Shown: positions 36,401 through 46,277 of the stretch, in pieces
Position numbering within the stretch: position 1 is the stretch's first letter
Layout of the letters: each line of letters begins with the position of its first letter
DNA from: a bacterium
GTDB lineage: Bacteria > Myxococcota_A > UBA9160 > SZUA-336
Reading direction: 5' to 3'
Assembly (NCBI GenBank): GCA_024226335.1
Contig: JAAELY010000311.1
Coordinates: 18-64,017 of the forward strand
DNA length: 64,000 nucleotides
Position numbers and translations under genes: made by a program
The notes under the pieces: generated by a model
What the model saw: only the letters and a program-made list of their open reading frames with translations
The model's database searches: none
What the model was told of the DNA's origin: nothing

Positions 36401-36704
36401 GATTCGCAGCATCGGGCGAGATGCCCTCCCCGAGCAGGCGTTCGACCTCGTGAATCTCTCCGAGCCGAACCATATTGATGAGTTCAGCTTCCTTTTCAGT
36501 CGGCTCGCGGCGGCCTGAGGACTCACCTTCAGCGTCGGGAGCCTCCGCCGCCTTTTCCTGCTCCGGGGGCGTGGGCGAGAGATCCGAAGTGGGCTCAACC
36601 GGTTCGGAGGCCGCGCGTACTTGTGGCGTTGCGCCCGAGAAAAACCCGAGCACCAACATCCAGGCGATCAGCACACGCCCTAGCTTCACAGACCTTCCCG
36701 TCAC
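33453..36704 (-). CDS. Giant secreted ankyrin-repeat protein (about 28 ANK repeats)
   Basis: 1083 aa. Signal peptide MTGRSVKLGRVLIAWMLVLGFFSGATPQVRA; acidic/Pro linker; then 33-aa periodic G-x-TPL(M/I)-x-AA...G-H...V..LL..GA(D/N) units in three runs; acidic/basic C-terminal tail. All + strand ORFs 33588..36810 are shadows. Confidence 0.9.
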   Translation of the reverse strand: MTGRSVKLGRVLIAWMLVLGFFSGATPQVRAASEPVEPTSDLSPTPPEQEKAAEAPDAEGESSGRREPTEKEAELINMVRLGEIHEVERLLGEGISPDAANLDGWTSLMFASQNENFEAVEILIAAGANPNLTTVLGTAALRLAANQSDARILEALLAAGADPNARNRSQQTPLMAAAARGRLRMISKLIAAGAELSARDRSGQTALLYAANEQKTAAVIRLLEAGAEPDTRRRDGATPLIAAVKKGHEGVVDAMIDAGADINATMGDGATALIHAARRGNDKILGRLIDAGADLNRQTTTGETAAHFAATRGFESIIRQLMDARADLELYNSREMTPLILALEERQFSVVREIHGGVEGAVFDSDYVARRNSDGQTPLIRAAILGYERYAASLVYGGADVNAKDKLGMTPLAYSAAYARADLANELLDKNAHVDFPDGNGATPLLHAAYSGQLTIAQKLIAKGANVDAVNKNGVSAMIVAARRGHFEMCRELLLAGADVEHKTREGETAADAAREAGFRQLAAALTKAVEDPEIFGARATRLGKSPLLTAAKGGHKDTAQNLLKAGTDPDQIDTDGRSPLLLASSGGHIEIVRALIDVGANLELRDDGGATALRAAVAKNHREIVELLAESGANVNAATRNGQTPLMFAASNDDAELVEILLRYEPDLDLADPLGRTALIHAATLDRPDMVARLLEAGADIALKTSAGDFAIHMAARRGSERIVGLLLEAGEDHNRRGRGGWTPLMHACSGGHTDAARRLLRGWDKPSDEVNDAGQTAMYLAGRRGHTDCIRLLLSRQADPMIRDAEGRNAFLIAHQRRQRHAAALLEKASSIRYKAVASGRIPKDDAPEDVKKAAAKMRKEAELTHAAREGEVATVRKFIREGVDINARDFKGWTPLLWASMRDQLDVVTFLLDNGADPETRNDLGATPLMAASSAGNHEIVLKLLPLIEDVNQQDHEGFSALIFAAPAGHKDVLTLLLRRKANPNIRSAEGWTALMQAAQTGKAEAVLLLLNFGADPKVRGRRGVTAMSLAEDRDHIDVTRLLRVALDEIEQKEAEEEAGTKNEKPASPSSERRESRSPR

Positions 36705-36986
36705 TCAGACCTCTAAGAATCTCTCGGCGCGAAACGTAGCGAAAGTACCAAAGACCGATGGCCGCTCAGGCCCCCGGACCCGATCGGGCCGTTGGCCGAC
36801 TCCGGGATGAGCCTACCAAGCAATTGGTTGGCCGGAAACAGGCATCCAGGAAAGGCCCCGTCTTCAGGAGGAACGACGACTCGGAAGCATGGAGATTCGC
36901 ATATTATCGCTGTGAATCCGGGTTTTCGGCCCATTGCTCTTTCAGCGCCCGATTTGGAAACCGGATAGGATGCTCCGGAGTCCTCT

Positions 36987-37820
36987 TTGAAAAAGGAAAC
37001 GATCGTGTCAGACCGAGTGAGCATCCAGATCAGCGATGGCGTTGCCGACGTCCGTCTCAACCGACCCGAGAAGATGAACGCCATCGATGCCGCCATGTTT
37101 TCGGAGTTGATCGCGGCCGGACGCTCGCTGGCGGAAGACAGCTCCCTGCGTGCGATCGTGCTCTCCGGAGAGGGCCGCGCGTTCTGCGCCGGTCTGGACT
37201 TCAGTAGCTTCAGCGCCATGGACAAGGGAGCCGACTCCGGAGAGTCGAAGCCCGGATCCAGAGATGAAGCGGGCGCTTCGCGAATTCCGACCCGGGGTCA
37301 GGAAGCAGCCTGGGTGTGGCAGCAGTGCCCTGTACCGGTGATCGCCGCGGTTCACGGGGTCGCATTCGGCGGCGGCTGTCAGATCGCGCTCGGTGCCGAC
37401 ATCCGCTTCATCGCACCGGATGCCAGGATGTCGATCATGGAAATCAAGTGGGGGCTGGTCCCCGACATGGCAGGGACGCAGACGTTGCGCCGATTGGCAC
37501 GGCTCGACGTGATCAAGGAACTCGCCTTCACTGGACGCCAGATCAGCGGCGAACAGGCCGTCGAGTTGGGGCTCGCCACACACCTCAGCAACAATCCACT
37601 CGAAGACGCGTCCGCGCTGGCCCGTGAGATCGCCGGTAAGAATCCGCACGCGATTCGCTCGATGAAGCAGCTGATGAATGCGTCGGGTATCGGCAGCGAA
37701 CAGGAAGGGCTCGCACTGGAGTGGGACCTGCAGAGCAAGCTGATCGGATCCCCGAACCAGGTCGAAGCCGTTCGCGCGAACATGGAAAAACGCGCACCTT
37801 CGTTCAAGGACCCGGCCTGA
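36987..37820 (+). CDS. Enoyl-CoA hydratase/isomerase (crotonase) family protein
   Basis: 277 aa (TTG at 36987; alternative GTG at 37005 after AAGGAA): VADVRLNRPEKMNAID, GEGRAFCAGLD, AAVHGVAFGGGCQIALGADIR. Confidence 0.88.
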   Translation: MKKETIVSDRVSIQISDGVADVRLNRPEKMNAIDAAMFSELIAAGRSLAEDSSLRAIVLSGEGRAFCAGLDFSSFSAMDKGADSGESKPGSRDEAGASRIPTRGQEAAWVWQQCPVPVIAAVHGVAFGGGCQIALGADIRFIAPDARMSIMEIKWGLVPDMAGTQTLRRLARLDVIKELAFTGRQISGEQAVELGLATHLSNNPLEDASALAREIAGKNPHAIRSMKQLMNASGIGSEQEGLALEWDLQSKLIGSPNQVEAVRANMEKRAPSFKDPA

Positions 37821-37829
37821 AGTCTCGCT

Positions 37830-39947
37830 TCAGTTCGCCGTGTCGGCGATGCGCTGATCGATGTACTCGATCAGGAGCGCGGTGTCCTTCTCGGTGAGCC
37901 AGGGCGCGAACGAGGGCATGCCCTTTCCGGAAAAGATTCCGCGCAAGACGATCTCGTTGAACGCGCTACGGATCTCCGGCTTCGACTTGCGCAGATCCGG
38001 TAGCACACCGCCACCGAACGCTTGAGCGCCGTGGCAACCGGCGCAGTAGACGTGATAGATCCGCTCGCCACGGTGGACGGAATCCTCCATGGTGATTCGC
38101 TCCAGCGCTTGTGCTGCGGTGGGAGGAGGTCCGGCGAGCGCGAATGTCAGAACCCGGCCGCGTGACTCGACACCGGCCGCACTCGCACCCTCGCCGCCGG
38201 CGAGCGCAAACGCTCCACCCCACCCGGCGACGATCGTCACGTATTGGCGTCCGTCGACTTGATAGGTAATGGGTGCGGCAATCACACCGGTGCCCGCGGG
38301 TTCCTCCCAGAGCTTTTTACCGTCGGAAGCCCGGTACGCCACGAAGCGTCCGTCGGCCGTGCCCTGGAACACCAGGTCGCCCGCCGTCGCGAGCGTCCCG
38401 CCGTTCCACGGCAACGCGTGTGGATGCCGCCAGACTTCCTTTTGCGCGACCGGATCCCAGGCCAGTAGGTGCCCGTAAAAACCGTCGCGTTTGGCCAAGG
38501 CGAAAGTATTGAAGTCGGTGCCCGTGTTGAACAGACCGGGCTTGTACGTGAAGTGCGGATCGACTCGATAGGCCCCGAGCATGTCCTGGGCCGGTATGTA
38601 CACGAGTCCGGTCTTCGGGCTGTATGACATCGGGTGCCAGTTGTGTCCGCCGAACGGGGTGGGCTTGACCAACGCGAGTGCGTCCTTGTAGTCCTGGCCC
38701 GGAACCTCGACCGGGCGCCCAGTCTTCGGATCGATGTTCGACGCCCAGGTGACTTCGACGTATTTCTCGGCGGAGATCAGTTCACCGGTTTTTCGATCCA
38801 GCACGTAGAAGAAGCCGTTCTTGGGGGCCTGCATCAACACCTTGCGCGTATCCCCGTCGATCTCGAGGTCGGCCAGGATCATGTGCTGCGTCGCAGTGTA
38901 GTCCCAGTTGTCGCCCGGCGTGGTCTGGTAGTGCCAGATCAGTTCCCCGTTATCGGGATTGAGCGCGAGGATCGAACTCAGGAAGAGATTGTCCCCACCC
39001 CCTGGGCTTCGGATGTGACGCGTCCAGGGTGAGCCATTACCGGTACCGATGTAGAGCAGCTTCAACTCCGGATCGAAAGCCATCGAATCCCAGACGGTTC
39101 CGCCGCCGCCGATCTTCCACCACTCACCGCCCTTCCAGGTTTCGGCCGCAGCTTCGAGAGCCGGGGACTCAAACGGCTTCGCCGGGTCGCCGGGCACCGT
39201 ATAGGTGCGCCAGATCAAATCACCGTTCTGAGTGTCGTAGGCCGACACATAACCGCGCACTCCCAGTTCTGCACCACCGTTGCCGATGATCACCTTGCCG
39301 TCGACAATGCGAGGCGCACCGGTGATCGTGTAGGGGCGCGAGCGATCGACCGTCAGTTTCTCCCAGACGAGTTCGCCAGTTCTCGCGTCGAGCGCAGCCA
39401 GTCGCCCGTCGAGCACACCTGCGTAGACGCGCCCCCGGTAGAGCGCGACCCCGCGGTTCACGACATCGCAACAGGCTTTTTGCGCGTAGTCACGGGGAAC
39501 AAAGGGGTCCCACTTCCAGACCTGCTCGCCCGTGCGCGCGTCGAGTGCAAAGACGACGCTCCAGGAACCGGTGAAATACATGATCCCATCGAGCACGATC
39601 GGCGTCGCTTCGTGCCCACGCTTCAAGCCAGTCTCGAACTTCCAGGTGGCCTGAAGCTGATGAACGTTGTCGGCGTCGACCTCGTCGAGCGGACTGAAGC
39701 GCTGTTCGGAATAGGTGCGCCCGTGCGTCAGCCAGTTGCCAGGTTCTGCGTCGGCGGCACGCAGGCGCGCGTCATTGACGCTCTCCGGGCCGCCGAGCAC
39801 GACCTCCTGTTGCTGCTGCTCTGCGCTCGCTGAAGAGGGTGGCTCTGGCGCCTGGAGCTCTTCGTCTCCTCCACAAGCGATTGCCAGAACGACGAACAGG
39901 CTCGCGATTCGCCGCCCTCGAACTCCAGTCCCGCAGCCTTCGAACAT
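37830..39947 (-). CDS. PQQ-dependent alcohol dehydrogenase, quinohemoprotein type (C-terminal cytochrome c domain)
   Basis: 705 aa. Lipobox-like signal ...VVLAIACGG; 8-bladed PQQ propeller with vicinal Cys ([11 protein letters not shown]) and W-docking repeats; C-terminal CAGCHG heme-c motif. Confidence 0.88.
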   Translation of the reverse strand: MFEGCGTGVRGRRIASLFVVLAIACGGDEELQAPEPPSSASAEQQQQEVVLGGPESVNDARLRAADAEPGNWLTHGRTYSEQRFSPLDEVDADNVHQLQATWKFETGLKRGHEATPIVLDGIMYFTGSWSVVFALDARTGEQVWKWDPFVPRDYAQKACCDVVNRGVALYRGRVYAGVLDGRLAALDARTGELVWEKLTVDRSRPYTITGAPRIVDGKVIIGNGGAELGVRGYVSAYDTQNGDLIWRTYTVPGDPAKPFESPALEAAAETWKGGEWWKIGGGGTVWDSMAFDPELKLLYIGTGNGSPWTRHIRSPGGGDNLFLSSILALNPDNGELIWHYQTTPGDNWDYTATQHMILADLEIDGDTRKVLMQAPKNGFFYVLDRKTGELISAEKYVEVTWASNIDPKTGRPVEVPGQDYKDALALVKPTPFGGHNWHPMSYSPKTGLVYIPAQDMLGAYRVDPHFTYKPGLFNTGTDFNTFALAKRDGFYGHLLAWDPVAQKEVWRHPHALPWNGGTLATAGDLVFQGTADGRFVAYRASDGKKLWEEPAGTGVIAAPITYQVDGRQYVTIVAGWGGAFALAGGEGASAAGVESRGRVLTFALAGPPPTAAQALERITMEDSVHRGERIYHVYCAGCHGAQAFGGGVLPDLRKSKPEIRSAFNEIVLRGIFSGKGMPSFAPWLTEKDTALLIEYIDQRIADTAN

Positions 39948-39981
39948 CTCGTCCCTCCCCTGGCGGCAATAATCCGGCGCC

Positions 39982-41427
39982 TCAATCAGCGAGCAGGCGC
40001 GAGAGAATCTCGCGCACCGCAGCGGGATCGGCCTTGCCCTGCGACTCCTTCATGATCTTGCCCAGGAAGAAGTTCAGCAGCTTGGCTTCACCGGCGCGGA
40101 ACTGCTCTGCCTGCTTCGGATTCGCCTCGATCACGCCGCGCGCGAGCGCCTCGAGTTCTCCGGAGTCCGAGACGGCTTCAAGGCCGCGCGCCTCCATGAC
40201 CGCCTCCGGCGCAGCGCCGGTCTGTGCAGTTTCCGCGAATACTTCGCGCGCGCTCGCAGCGGTGAGTTTGCCCTCGTCGATCAATTTCAAGAGATCGGCC
40301 ATATGCCTCGGCGTGAGCGCGAGCTCGTTGAGTTCCCCGCCCTTTTCGGAGAGCAGGCTCAGAAGACTGCGGATGAGCCAGTTCGCGAGCGACTTCGCAT
40401 CACTGTGCAGCGCGGCCGTCTGCTCGAAGAACTCGGCCACCTCGCGATCCTCGGTGAGCAGTGCGGCGTCTTGCGCCGAGAGTCCGAACTCCGAAGCGTA
40501 TCGCGCGCGCTTCACGTGCGGCAGTTCGGGCAAGAGGAGCTTCTGCTCGGCGAGGAATTCCGGATCGATCTTTAGCGGTGGCAGGTCGGGATCCGGGAAA
40601 TAGCGATAGTCGTCGGCGTTCTCCTTGCTGCGTTGCGGCCGACTCTCGCCCGCACGATCGTCCCAGTTGCGCGTCTCCTGAACGATCTCTCCGCCGTCTT
40701 CGATCACTTCGATCTGCCGTTCGATCTCGTAGTCGATGGCCTTCTCGACGAACTTGAACGAGTTGATGTTCTTCAACTCGACCTTGGTACCGAGCCTCGT
40801 TTCGCCCTTGCGTCGCACCGAGACATTGGCGTCGCAGCGAAACTGCCCCTTCTCCATGTCAGCGAAACTCACATCCAGATAGCGGAGAATCGAGCGCAAA
40901 CTGCGCAGATACGCCCCGGCTTCCTTCGAAGTGCGAATATCCGGCTCCGACACGATCTCGATCAGAGGCGTACCGGCGCGATTGAGATTGACGTGGGTCA
41001 CCCCGCCGCCGGTGATCGCGTCGTCGTGGATGCTCTTGGCCGCATCTTCCTCCATGTGAATACGCGTGAGCGCGATACTGCCCGCTTCCCCGTCGAGTTC
41101 TATGGGCACCGCGCCACCCAGAGAGTACGGCTGTTCGTACTGCGAAATCTGGTAGCCCTTCGGGAGATCGGGATAGAAGTAGTGTTTGCGAGCGAATACC
41201 GAGAACGGCTGAATCTCACAGCCCAGGCCGAGCGCGGCGCGCACCGCGAGTTCGACCGCCTTCTCGTTGAGCACGGGCAGGACGCCCGGCATGCCCAGGT
41301 CGACCTCGGTCGTCTGGGTATTGGGCTCGGCGCCAAACGCGTGCGGCGCTGAACTGAACAACTTGGCGCTCGTCTTGAGCTGCGCGTGCACCTCGAGACC
41401 GATCACTGCTTCCCAGCCTGGTTCCAC
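39982..41427 (-). CDS. gatB: Asp-tRNA(Asn)/Glu-tRNA(Gln) amidotransferase subunit B
   Basis: 481 aa: [15 protein letters not shown]..., [34 protein letters not shown]-terminal YqeY-like tail. Confidence 0.96.
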   Translation of the reverse strand: MEPGWEAVIGLEVHAQLKTSAKLFSSAPHAFGAEPNTQTTEVDLGMPGVLPVLNEKAVELAVRAALGLGCEIQPFSVFARKHYFYPDLPKGYQISQYEQPYSLGGAVPIELDGEAGSIALTRIHMEEDAAKSIHDDAITGGGVTHVNLNRAGTPLIEIVSEPDIRTSKEAGAYLRSLRSILRYLDVSFADMEKGQFRCDANVSVRRKGETRLGTKVELKNINSFKFVEKAIDYEIERQIEVIEDGGEIVQETRNWDDRAGESRPQRSKENADDYRYFPDPDLPPLKIDPEFLAEQKLLLPELPHVKRARYASEFGLSAQDAALLTEDREVAEFFEQTAALHSDAKSLANWLIRSLLSLLSEKGGELNELALTPRHMADLLKLIDEGKLTAASAREVFAETAQTGAAPEAVMEARGLEAVSDSGELEALARGVIEANPKQAEQFRAGEAKLLNFFLGKIMKESQGKADPAAVREILSRLLAD

Positions 41428-41498
41428 GCAGACCTCCTTGACCTGGAATCTACCCGAGCGGGCGGCTCACTGCAGCGCCCTGCGCCAAAACGGGCGGG

Positions 41499-42575
41499 TC
41501 ACTCCAGAACACGGGTGAAATCGCGCACGACGGTTTCCAGTCGGAACTCCTCGGGCAGTTCCGGTCGGGTGCTCTTTTCGGGAACTGCGAGGCTTTCGAT
41601 GGCGTTTGCGAAGCCCTGCAGGTCACCATCGGGTACGAGGATGCAACCCTCCAGCGGGCCGACGATCTCGCCGGTACCGCCGGCCGAATCGAAAGCCACC
41701 ACCCGGGCCCCGCAGGCCACGGCTTCGAGCACCGCCACCGGCAGGCCTTCGCGCCGCGAACTCTGGGCAAAAACATCGGCGTGCCGCATCCAGGCGAAAG
41801 GATCAGCGGTGTAACCGGGCAGGTGAACCCGCTCGCTCAGTCCGAGACCTTCGATCTGCACCTCGAGCGCCGCTCGTTCCGCACCCTCACCGACGATCCA
41901 CAACTGCGCAGTCGGCAGATTGCGCGCCACGATCGCGAACGCATCGACGAGGCGGTCGTAGCCCTTCTCGTATCCGAGCCGCCCCGCCCCCAGGATATGC
42001 GGCCCCGGACCCGTGTAGGGCGAGGTTTCATTGGACAGCGCAGCTTCGATTCGATCTGTATCGATCGGGTTGCGGATCAAGCGCAGCTTCTCACGCCGGA
42101 CACCGAAGTGGGACACCAGATCGTCGCTGATCGCATTCGAACAGCTGATGATCTCGTCGGCGCGGGGGTAGAGCAAACGATAAGCCGTGCGCCAGATCGG
42201 CTTGTTGGAGCGCTCTGCGACCTCGGCTGAAACAGTGGTGTGCTCCTGAAGCACGACGCGCGTGTCGCGCGGAAGCAGGGGTTTGAGAATGAGCAGAGCC
42301 AGGTTCAGATAGCCGAGGTTGGGCAACACGACGTCGGGCTTCAGACTGCGAACCAGCCTGAGCAACGGAATAAGCGCGTAACGCACGCGCCGGGCCTGTA
42401 GGTCGTGTAGTTCGATGTGATCGGGCAGATCGGCCAGGAACGCGCCCTTGCGTTCGACCAGAGCCAGGTGCAAGTCGAAGCGCTCTCGCGGCAGGTGTTT
42501 GAGCAAAAGCGCAATGACGCGCTCGGCGCCGCCGAGTTCGAGCGTCGGAATTACGAAGAGGAGTTTGGACTTCAC
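41499..42575 (-). CDS. Glycosyltransferase family 4 (GT-B fold)
   Basis: 358 aa: VIPTLELGGAERV..., ...GRLGYEKGYDRLV..., SSRREGLPVAVLEAVACGARVVA (E-x7-E region). Confidence 0.85.
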   Translation of the reverse strand: MKSKLLFVIPTLELGGAERVIALLLKHLPRERFDLHLALVERKGAFLADLPDHIELHDLQARRVRYALIPLLRLVRSLKPDVVLPNLGYLNLALLILKPLLPRDTRVVLQEHTTVSAEVAERSNKPIWRTAYRLLYPRADEIISCSNAISDDLVSHFGVRREKLRLIRNPIDTDRIEAALSNETSPYTGPGPHILGAGRLGYEKGYDRLVDAFAIVARNLPTAQLWIVGEGAERAALEVQIEGLGLSERVHLPGYTADPFAWMRHADVFAQSSRREGLPVAVLEAVACGARVVAFDSAGGTGEIVGPLEGCILVPDGDLQGFANAIESLAVPEKSTRPELPEEFRLETVVRDFTRVLE

Positions 42576-42599
42576 GCGACGGCCAGAGTCACGACGGTA

Positions 42600-45218
42600 T
42601 CAAGGTACGAGATTGATCAGGCGTCCGGGAACATAGATCACGCGTCGCAGCGGTCCGTCGCCCACGAATTTGGACACGTTCTCGACGGCCAGCGCGATCT
42701 CGCGAACGGTGTCTTCGTCCGCGTCTGCCGGTACCACGATGCGCCCCCGCATCTTCCCCTTGACCTGCACGCTGATCTCGACTTCATCCCGGGCCAATGC
42801 GTCGGCATCGGCCTGAGGCCAGGCTTCGTAGGTGAGAGTCTCCGAGTGACCGAGGCGACTCCAGAGTTCTTCGCTCAGATGCGGTGCCAGTGGCGCCAGA
42901 AGGAGCAACAGGGCCTCGGCTGTCGAGCGGGGGATCACAGCCTCCTTCTCGATGTCGCGCACAAATACCATCAAGGCGGAGAGCGCCGTGTTGAAACTCA
43001 GTTCTTCGCAGTCTTTCGTCACGCGCTCGATCGTCTCCGCCAGCAGGCGTCGCTGGGCCTCGGTGCCTTCACCGTCCGGCAGTTCGCGCACGACGTCTTC
43101 GTTGCGCTCGTCACAGATCAGGCGGTGCACCCGCTGCAGGAAACGAAACACGCCGGGCATGCCCTCGGTCGACCAGGGTGCGGCTTTCGCCAGCGGGCCG
43201 ATGAACATTTCGTACAGGCGCATGGCGTCGGTGCCGTACTCGGCGATCACGTCATCGGGATTGACGACGTTGCCACGACTCTTGGACATCTTCTCCACGA
43301 CCTCTTCGAGATCGATGTCGATCGTCGGAGCCACCGGCCGGCCCGCCACCCAACGCACGGAATCCGGCTCGACCCACTCTTCCTGCAACTGCTGTCCCGA
43401 GCCGATGTGCAGGGGTGTTTCGCCTTCGAAGCGCACGTCCGCCGCCGTGTAGTACTTCGGTGTGTCGCTTTCGGGATCGCTGTAGTAGCGGTAGCTCTTG
43501 CCCTGAATCATCCCGGGGTTCAGAAGCTTCTGGAACGGTTCTTTCGTGGAGACCACACCCAGGTCGTAGAGCACCTTGTGCCAGAAGCGCGAATACAGAA
43601 GATGCAATACCGCGTGCTCGGCACCGCCCACGTACAGATCGACGGGCATCCAGTACTTCTCGGCTTCTTTGGAAATCGCCGATCCCACATTGTCGGGATC
43701 GCAGAAGCGCAGGAAGTACCAACAGCTTCCCGCCCATTGCGGCATGGTGTTGGCATCGCGTCGGGCGGGCTGGCCGGTGTCGGGGTCGGTCGTGTTGACC
43801 CAGTCGCTCACTCGCGCCAGCGGCGGCTGAAAATCGCCACTGGGCTTGAAGTCGTCGAGCTCGGGAAGCTGCACCGGCAATTGATCGTCGGGAACCAGCT
43901 TCAGGCTGCCGTCTTCCAGGTGGAGGACGGGGAATGGTTCGCCCCAGTAGCGCTGCCGACTGAAGAGCCAATCGCGCAGCTTGTAGGTGACCGTCCCCTC
44001 GCCGCAACCTCGCTCTTCGAGCCACTCGATCGTCTTCTTCTTGGCCTCGACGACCTTCAGCCCGTTGAGGAAGCCCGAGTTGATCGCCGGTCCATCGCCC
44101 AGGAAAGCCTTGCCGTCAAAACCCTCGCTCGGCTCGACGGTGCGAATGATCGGAAGATCGAAGGCTTCGGCGAAATCCCAGTCGCGCCCGTCCTGTCCGG
44201 GTACGGCCATGATGGCGCCCGTTCCGTAGGAGATCAGCACGTAATCCGCGATCCAGACGGGAATCTTTTCGTCGTTGACGGGATTGGTCGCATAGGCGCC
44301 GGTGAACACGCCCGTCTTCTGCTTGAGATCGGCGATGCGCGACCGCTCGCTCTTGCGCGCCGTCGACTCCACGTACGCTTCGACTGCCGCGCGTTGTTCG
44401 TCCGTCGTTACGCGACCGACCAATGGATGCTCGGGAGCCAGGACCATATACGTGGCGCCGAACAGCGTATCGGGTCGGGTCGTGAACACTTCGATCGACT
44501 CATCCGGGTGATCTGGCAGCGGGAAGAAGACCCGCGCGCCTTCGGAACGACCGATCCAATCGCGCTGCATCTTCTTGATGTGATCGGGCCAATCGACTTC
44601 TTCCAGATCGTCGATCAGACGTTGCGCATAGGCGGTGATCTTGAGCATCCACTGCTTGAGCGGAACGCGCGTGACCGGATAGCCGCCGATTTCGCTGCGA
44701 CCGTCACGCACCTCTTCGTTGGCCAGCACCGTGCCCAGTCCCTGACACCAGTTGACCGGGATCTCGGCCTCATACGCCAGACCGCGCTCGAAGAGCTGCT
44801 GGAAGATCCACTGCGTCCAGCGCACGTAGGTGGGATCGGTCGTGTCGATCTCGCGATCCCAGTCGTAGCTCAGCCCGAGCGCCATCAGCTGCTCTTTGAA
44901 GCGCGAGACGTTCTGCCCGGTGGTGATCCGGGGATGTTGGCCCGTACGCACGGCGTGCTGCTCGGCCGGCAGACCAAACGCGTCCCATCCCATTGGATGC
45001 AAGACATTGAAACCGCGCATGCGCTTGTAGCGCGCGTATACGTCGGTCGCGACGTACCCCTTCGGATGGCCGACGTGCAATCCATCGCCCGAGGGATACG
45101 GGAACATGTCGAGCACGTAGAACTTGGGCCTGGACGGATCGATCTCCGTCTTGAAGGTCTTGTGCTCGAGCCAGTAGCTCTGCCATTTGAGTTCGATCTT
45201 GCGCGGCTCGTACGCCAT
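42600..45218 (-). CDS. leuS: Leucyl-tRNA synthetase
   Basis: Track ORF is 42600..45263 (TTG). The ATG at 45218 gives MAYEPRKIELKWQSYWLEHKTF. Motifs: FPYPSGDGLHVGH (HIGH), KMSKSRGN. The 938-aa + strand ORF 42417..45233 is its antisense shadow. Confidence 0.97.
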   Translation of the reverse strand: MAYEPRKIELKWQSYWLEHKTFKTEIDPSRPKFYVLDMFPYPSGDGLHVGHPKGYVATDVYARYKRMRGFNVLHPMGWDAFGLPAEQHAVRTGQHPRITTGQNVSRFKEQLMALGLSYDWDREIDTTDPTYVRWTQWIFQQLFERGLAYEAEIPVNWCQGLGTVLANEEVRDGRSEIGGYPVTRVPLKQWMLKITAYAQRLIDDLEEVDWPDHIKKMQRDWIGRSEGARVFFPLPDHPDESIEVFTTRPDTLFGATYMVLAPEHPLVGRVTTDEQRAAVEAYVESTARKSERSRIADLKQKTGVFTGAYATNPVNDEKIPVWIADYVLISYGTGAIMAVPGQDGRDWDFAEAFDLPIIRTVEPSEGFDGKAFLGDGPAINSGFLNGLKVVEAKKKTIEWLEERGCGEGTVTYKLRDWLFSRQRYWGEPFPVLHLEDGSLKLVPDDQLPVQLPELDDFKPSGDFQPPLARVSDWVNTTDPDTGQPARRDANTMPQWAGSCWYFLRFCDPDNVGSAISKEAEKYWMPVDLYVGGAEHAVLHLLYSRFWHKVLYDLGVVSTKEPFQKLLNPGMIQGKSYRYYSDPESDTPKYYTAADVRFEGETPLHIGSGQQLQEEWVEPDSVRWVAGRPVAPTIDIDLEEVVEKMSKSRGNVVNPDDVIAEYGTDAMRLYEMFIGPLAKAAPWSTEGMPGVFRFLQRVHRLICDERNEDVVRELPDGEGTEAQRRLLAETIERVTKDCEELSFNTALSALMVFVRDIEKEAVIPRSTAEALLLLLAPLAPHLSEELWSRLGHSETLTYEAWPQADADALARDEVEISVQVKGKMRGRIVVPADADEDTVREIALAVENVSKFVGDGPLRRVIYVPGRLINLVP

Positions 45219-45364
45219 GGGCGTGGATCTTAGCGAGAACAGGGACTTGTGCGAGTGCGCCAAGGTGATGGATGGGCAATCGCGAGCGGAAAATCGGCGT
45301 GGGCGCGCGCCCGGCCAGACAGAAACCCCTTTCGGTCAAGCGACTCCTGGTCGACAATCGGAGC

Positions 45365-46240
45365 ATGTCGCAGCCCGACAGTCCGCCCGAAATCCCCGTC
45401 CCGCTCCTCGTCTCATCCGTGTGGCTGGCGCAACACCTCGGCGAACCCGATCTGCGCATCGTAGATGCGAGCTGGTATCTGCCCGCCGCAGAGCGCGACC
45501 CGCAAGCGGAATTCGCCGCCGGACATATCCCGGGAGCCGTCCATCTGGACCTCTCGAGCGACCTGGCCGATCCCGATGCACCGGTCCGCAATACCCTGGC
45601 CAGCCCGGAGGCGCTGGGAGCGCGCTTTGCGCGGGCCGGAATCGGCACCGAGCACCATGTGGTCGTCTACGACCGACTGGGCGGATTCTCCGCGGGTAGA
45701 GTCTGGTGGAGCCTGCGCTGCGCGGGTCACCGACGCACCTCACTGCTCGACGGCGGATTGCAGGCGTGGACTCTCGATGAACAGCCGCTGAGCGATCGCG
45801 CAGCGGAGCACGCGCCCGGAAAATTCGAAGTCGACCCGCAGCCGCAGCTATTGAGCGATCTATCGCAGGTGTTGGAATCCCTGCCCGATCGCAGCCTGCA
45901 GATCGTCGATGCGCGTTCGGCGGCGCGTTTCCGCGGCGAAGGCCCCGAACCCGCCCGGCACCGGGGACATATTCCCGGTTCGCTCAACGTGCCCTACAAC
46001 GCCAATCTGCAAGCAGATCCGCCGAGGTTCAAAGACCCGGAATCTCTGCGCCAGACCTACGAGCGCGCCGGTGTTCGCTTCGATCGTCCAATTGTCACGA
46101 CCTGCGGTTCCGGCGTGACGGCCTCTCTCAACGCCTTCGTGCTGACGCTTCTGGGGCACCGGGACGTCTCGGTCTACGATGGCTCGTGGGCGGAGTGGGG
46201 AAACCGAGACGACGTTCCGGTTGCTCGGGATCGGGAGTAG
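45365..46240 (+). CDS. sseA: 3-mercaptopyruvate sulfurtransferase (tandem rhodanese)
   Basis: Track ORF is 45272..46240. ATG 45365 gives MSQPDSPPEIPVPLLVSSVWLAQHL. The active-site loop is TTCGSGVTASL (CG[ST]GVTA). Confidence 0.85.
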   Translation: MSQPDSPPEIPVPLLVSSVWLAQHLGEPDLRIVDASWYLPAAERDPQAEFAAGHIPGAVHLDLSSDLADPDAPVRNTLASPEALGARFARAGIGTEHHVVVYDRLGGFSAGRVWWSLRCAGHRRTSLLDGGLQAWTLDEQPLSDRAAEHAPGKFEVDPQPQLLSDLSQVLESLPDRSLQIVDARSAARFRGEGPEPARHRGHIPGSLNVPYNANLQADPPRFKDPESLRQTYERAGVRFDRPIVTTCGSGVTASLNAFVLTLLGHRDVSVYDGSWAEWGNRDDVPVARDRE

Positions 46241-46277
46241 AAGAGATTTCACGAGCCCGAAACAGATTGACGGTCCG

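Noticed and set aside
33588-36810. Several 60-350-aa + strand ORFs (e.g. 34101..35069, 35199..36263)
   Set aside because: All are antisense to the ankyrin-repeat gene. The repeat periodicity is present only in the minus-strand frame.
42417-45233. 938-aa ORF on the + strand, one of the longest in the track
   Set aside because: It is exactly antisense to leuS, whose product has HIGH/KMSKS motifs along its full length. The ORF's translation is Arg/Gly/His/Val-rich with no recognisable domain. This is the classic stop-poor antisense frame of GC-rich genes.
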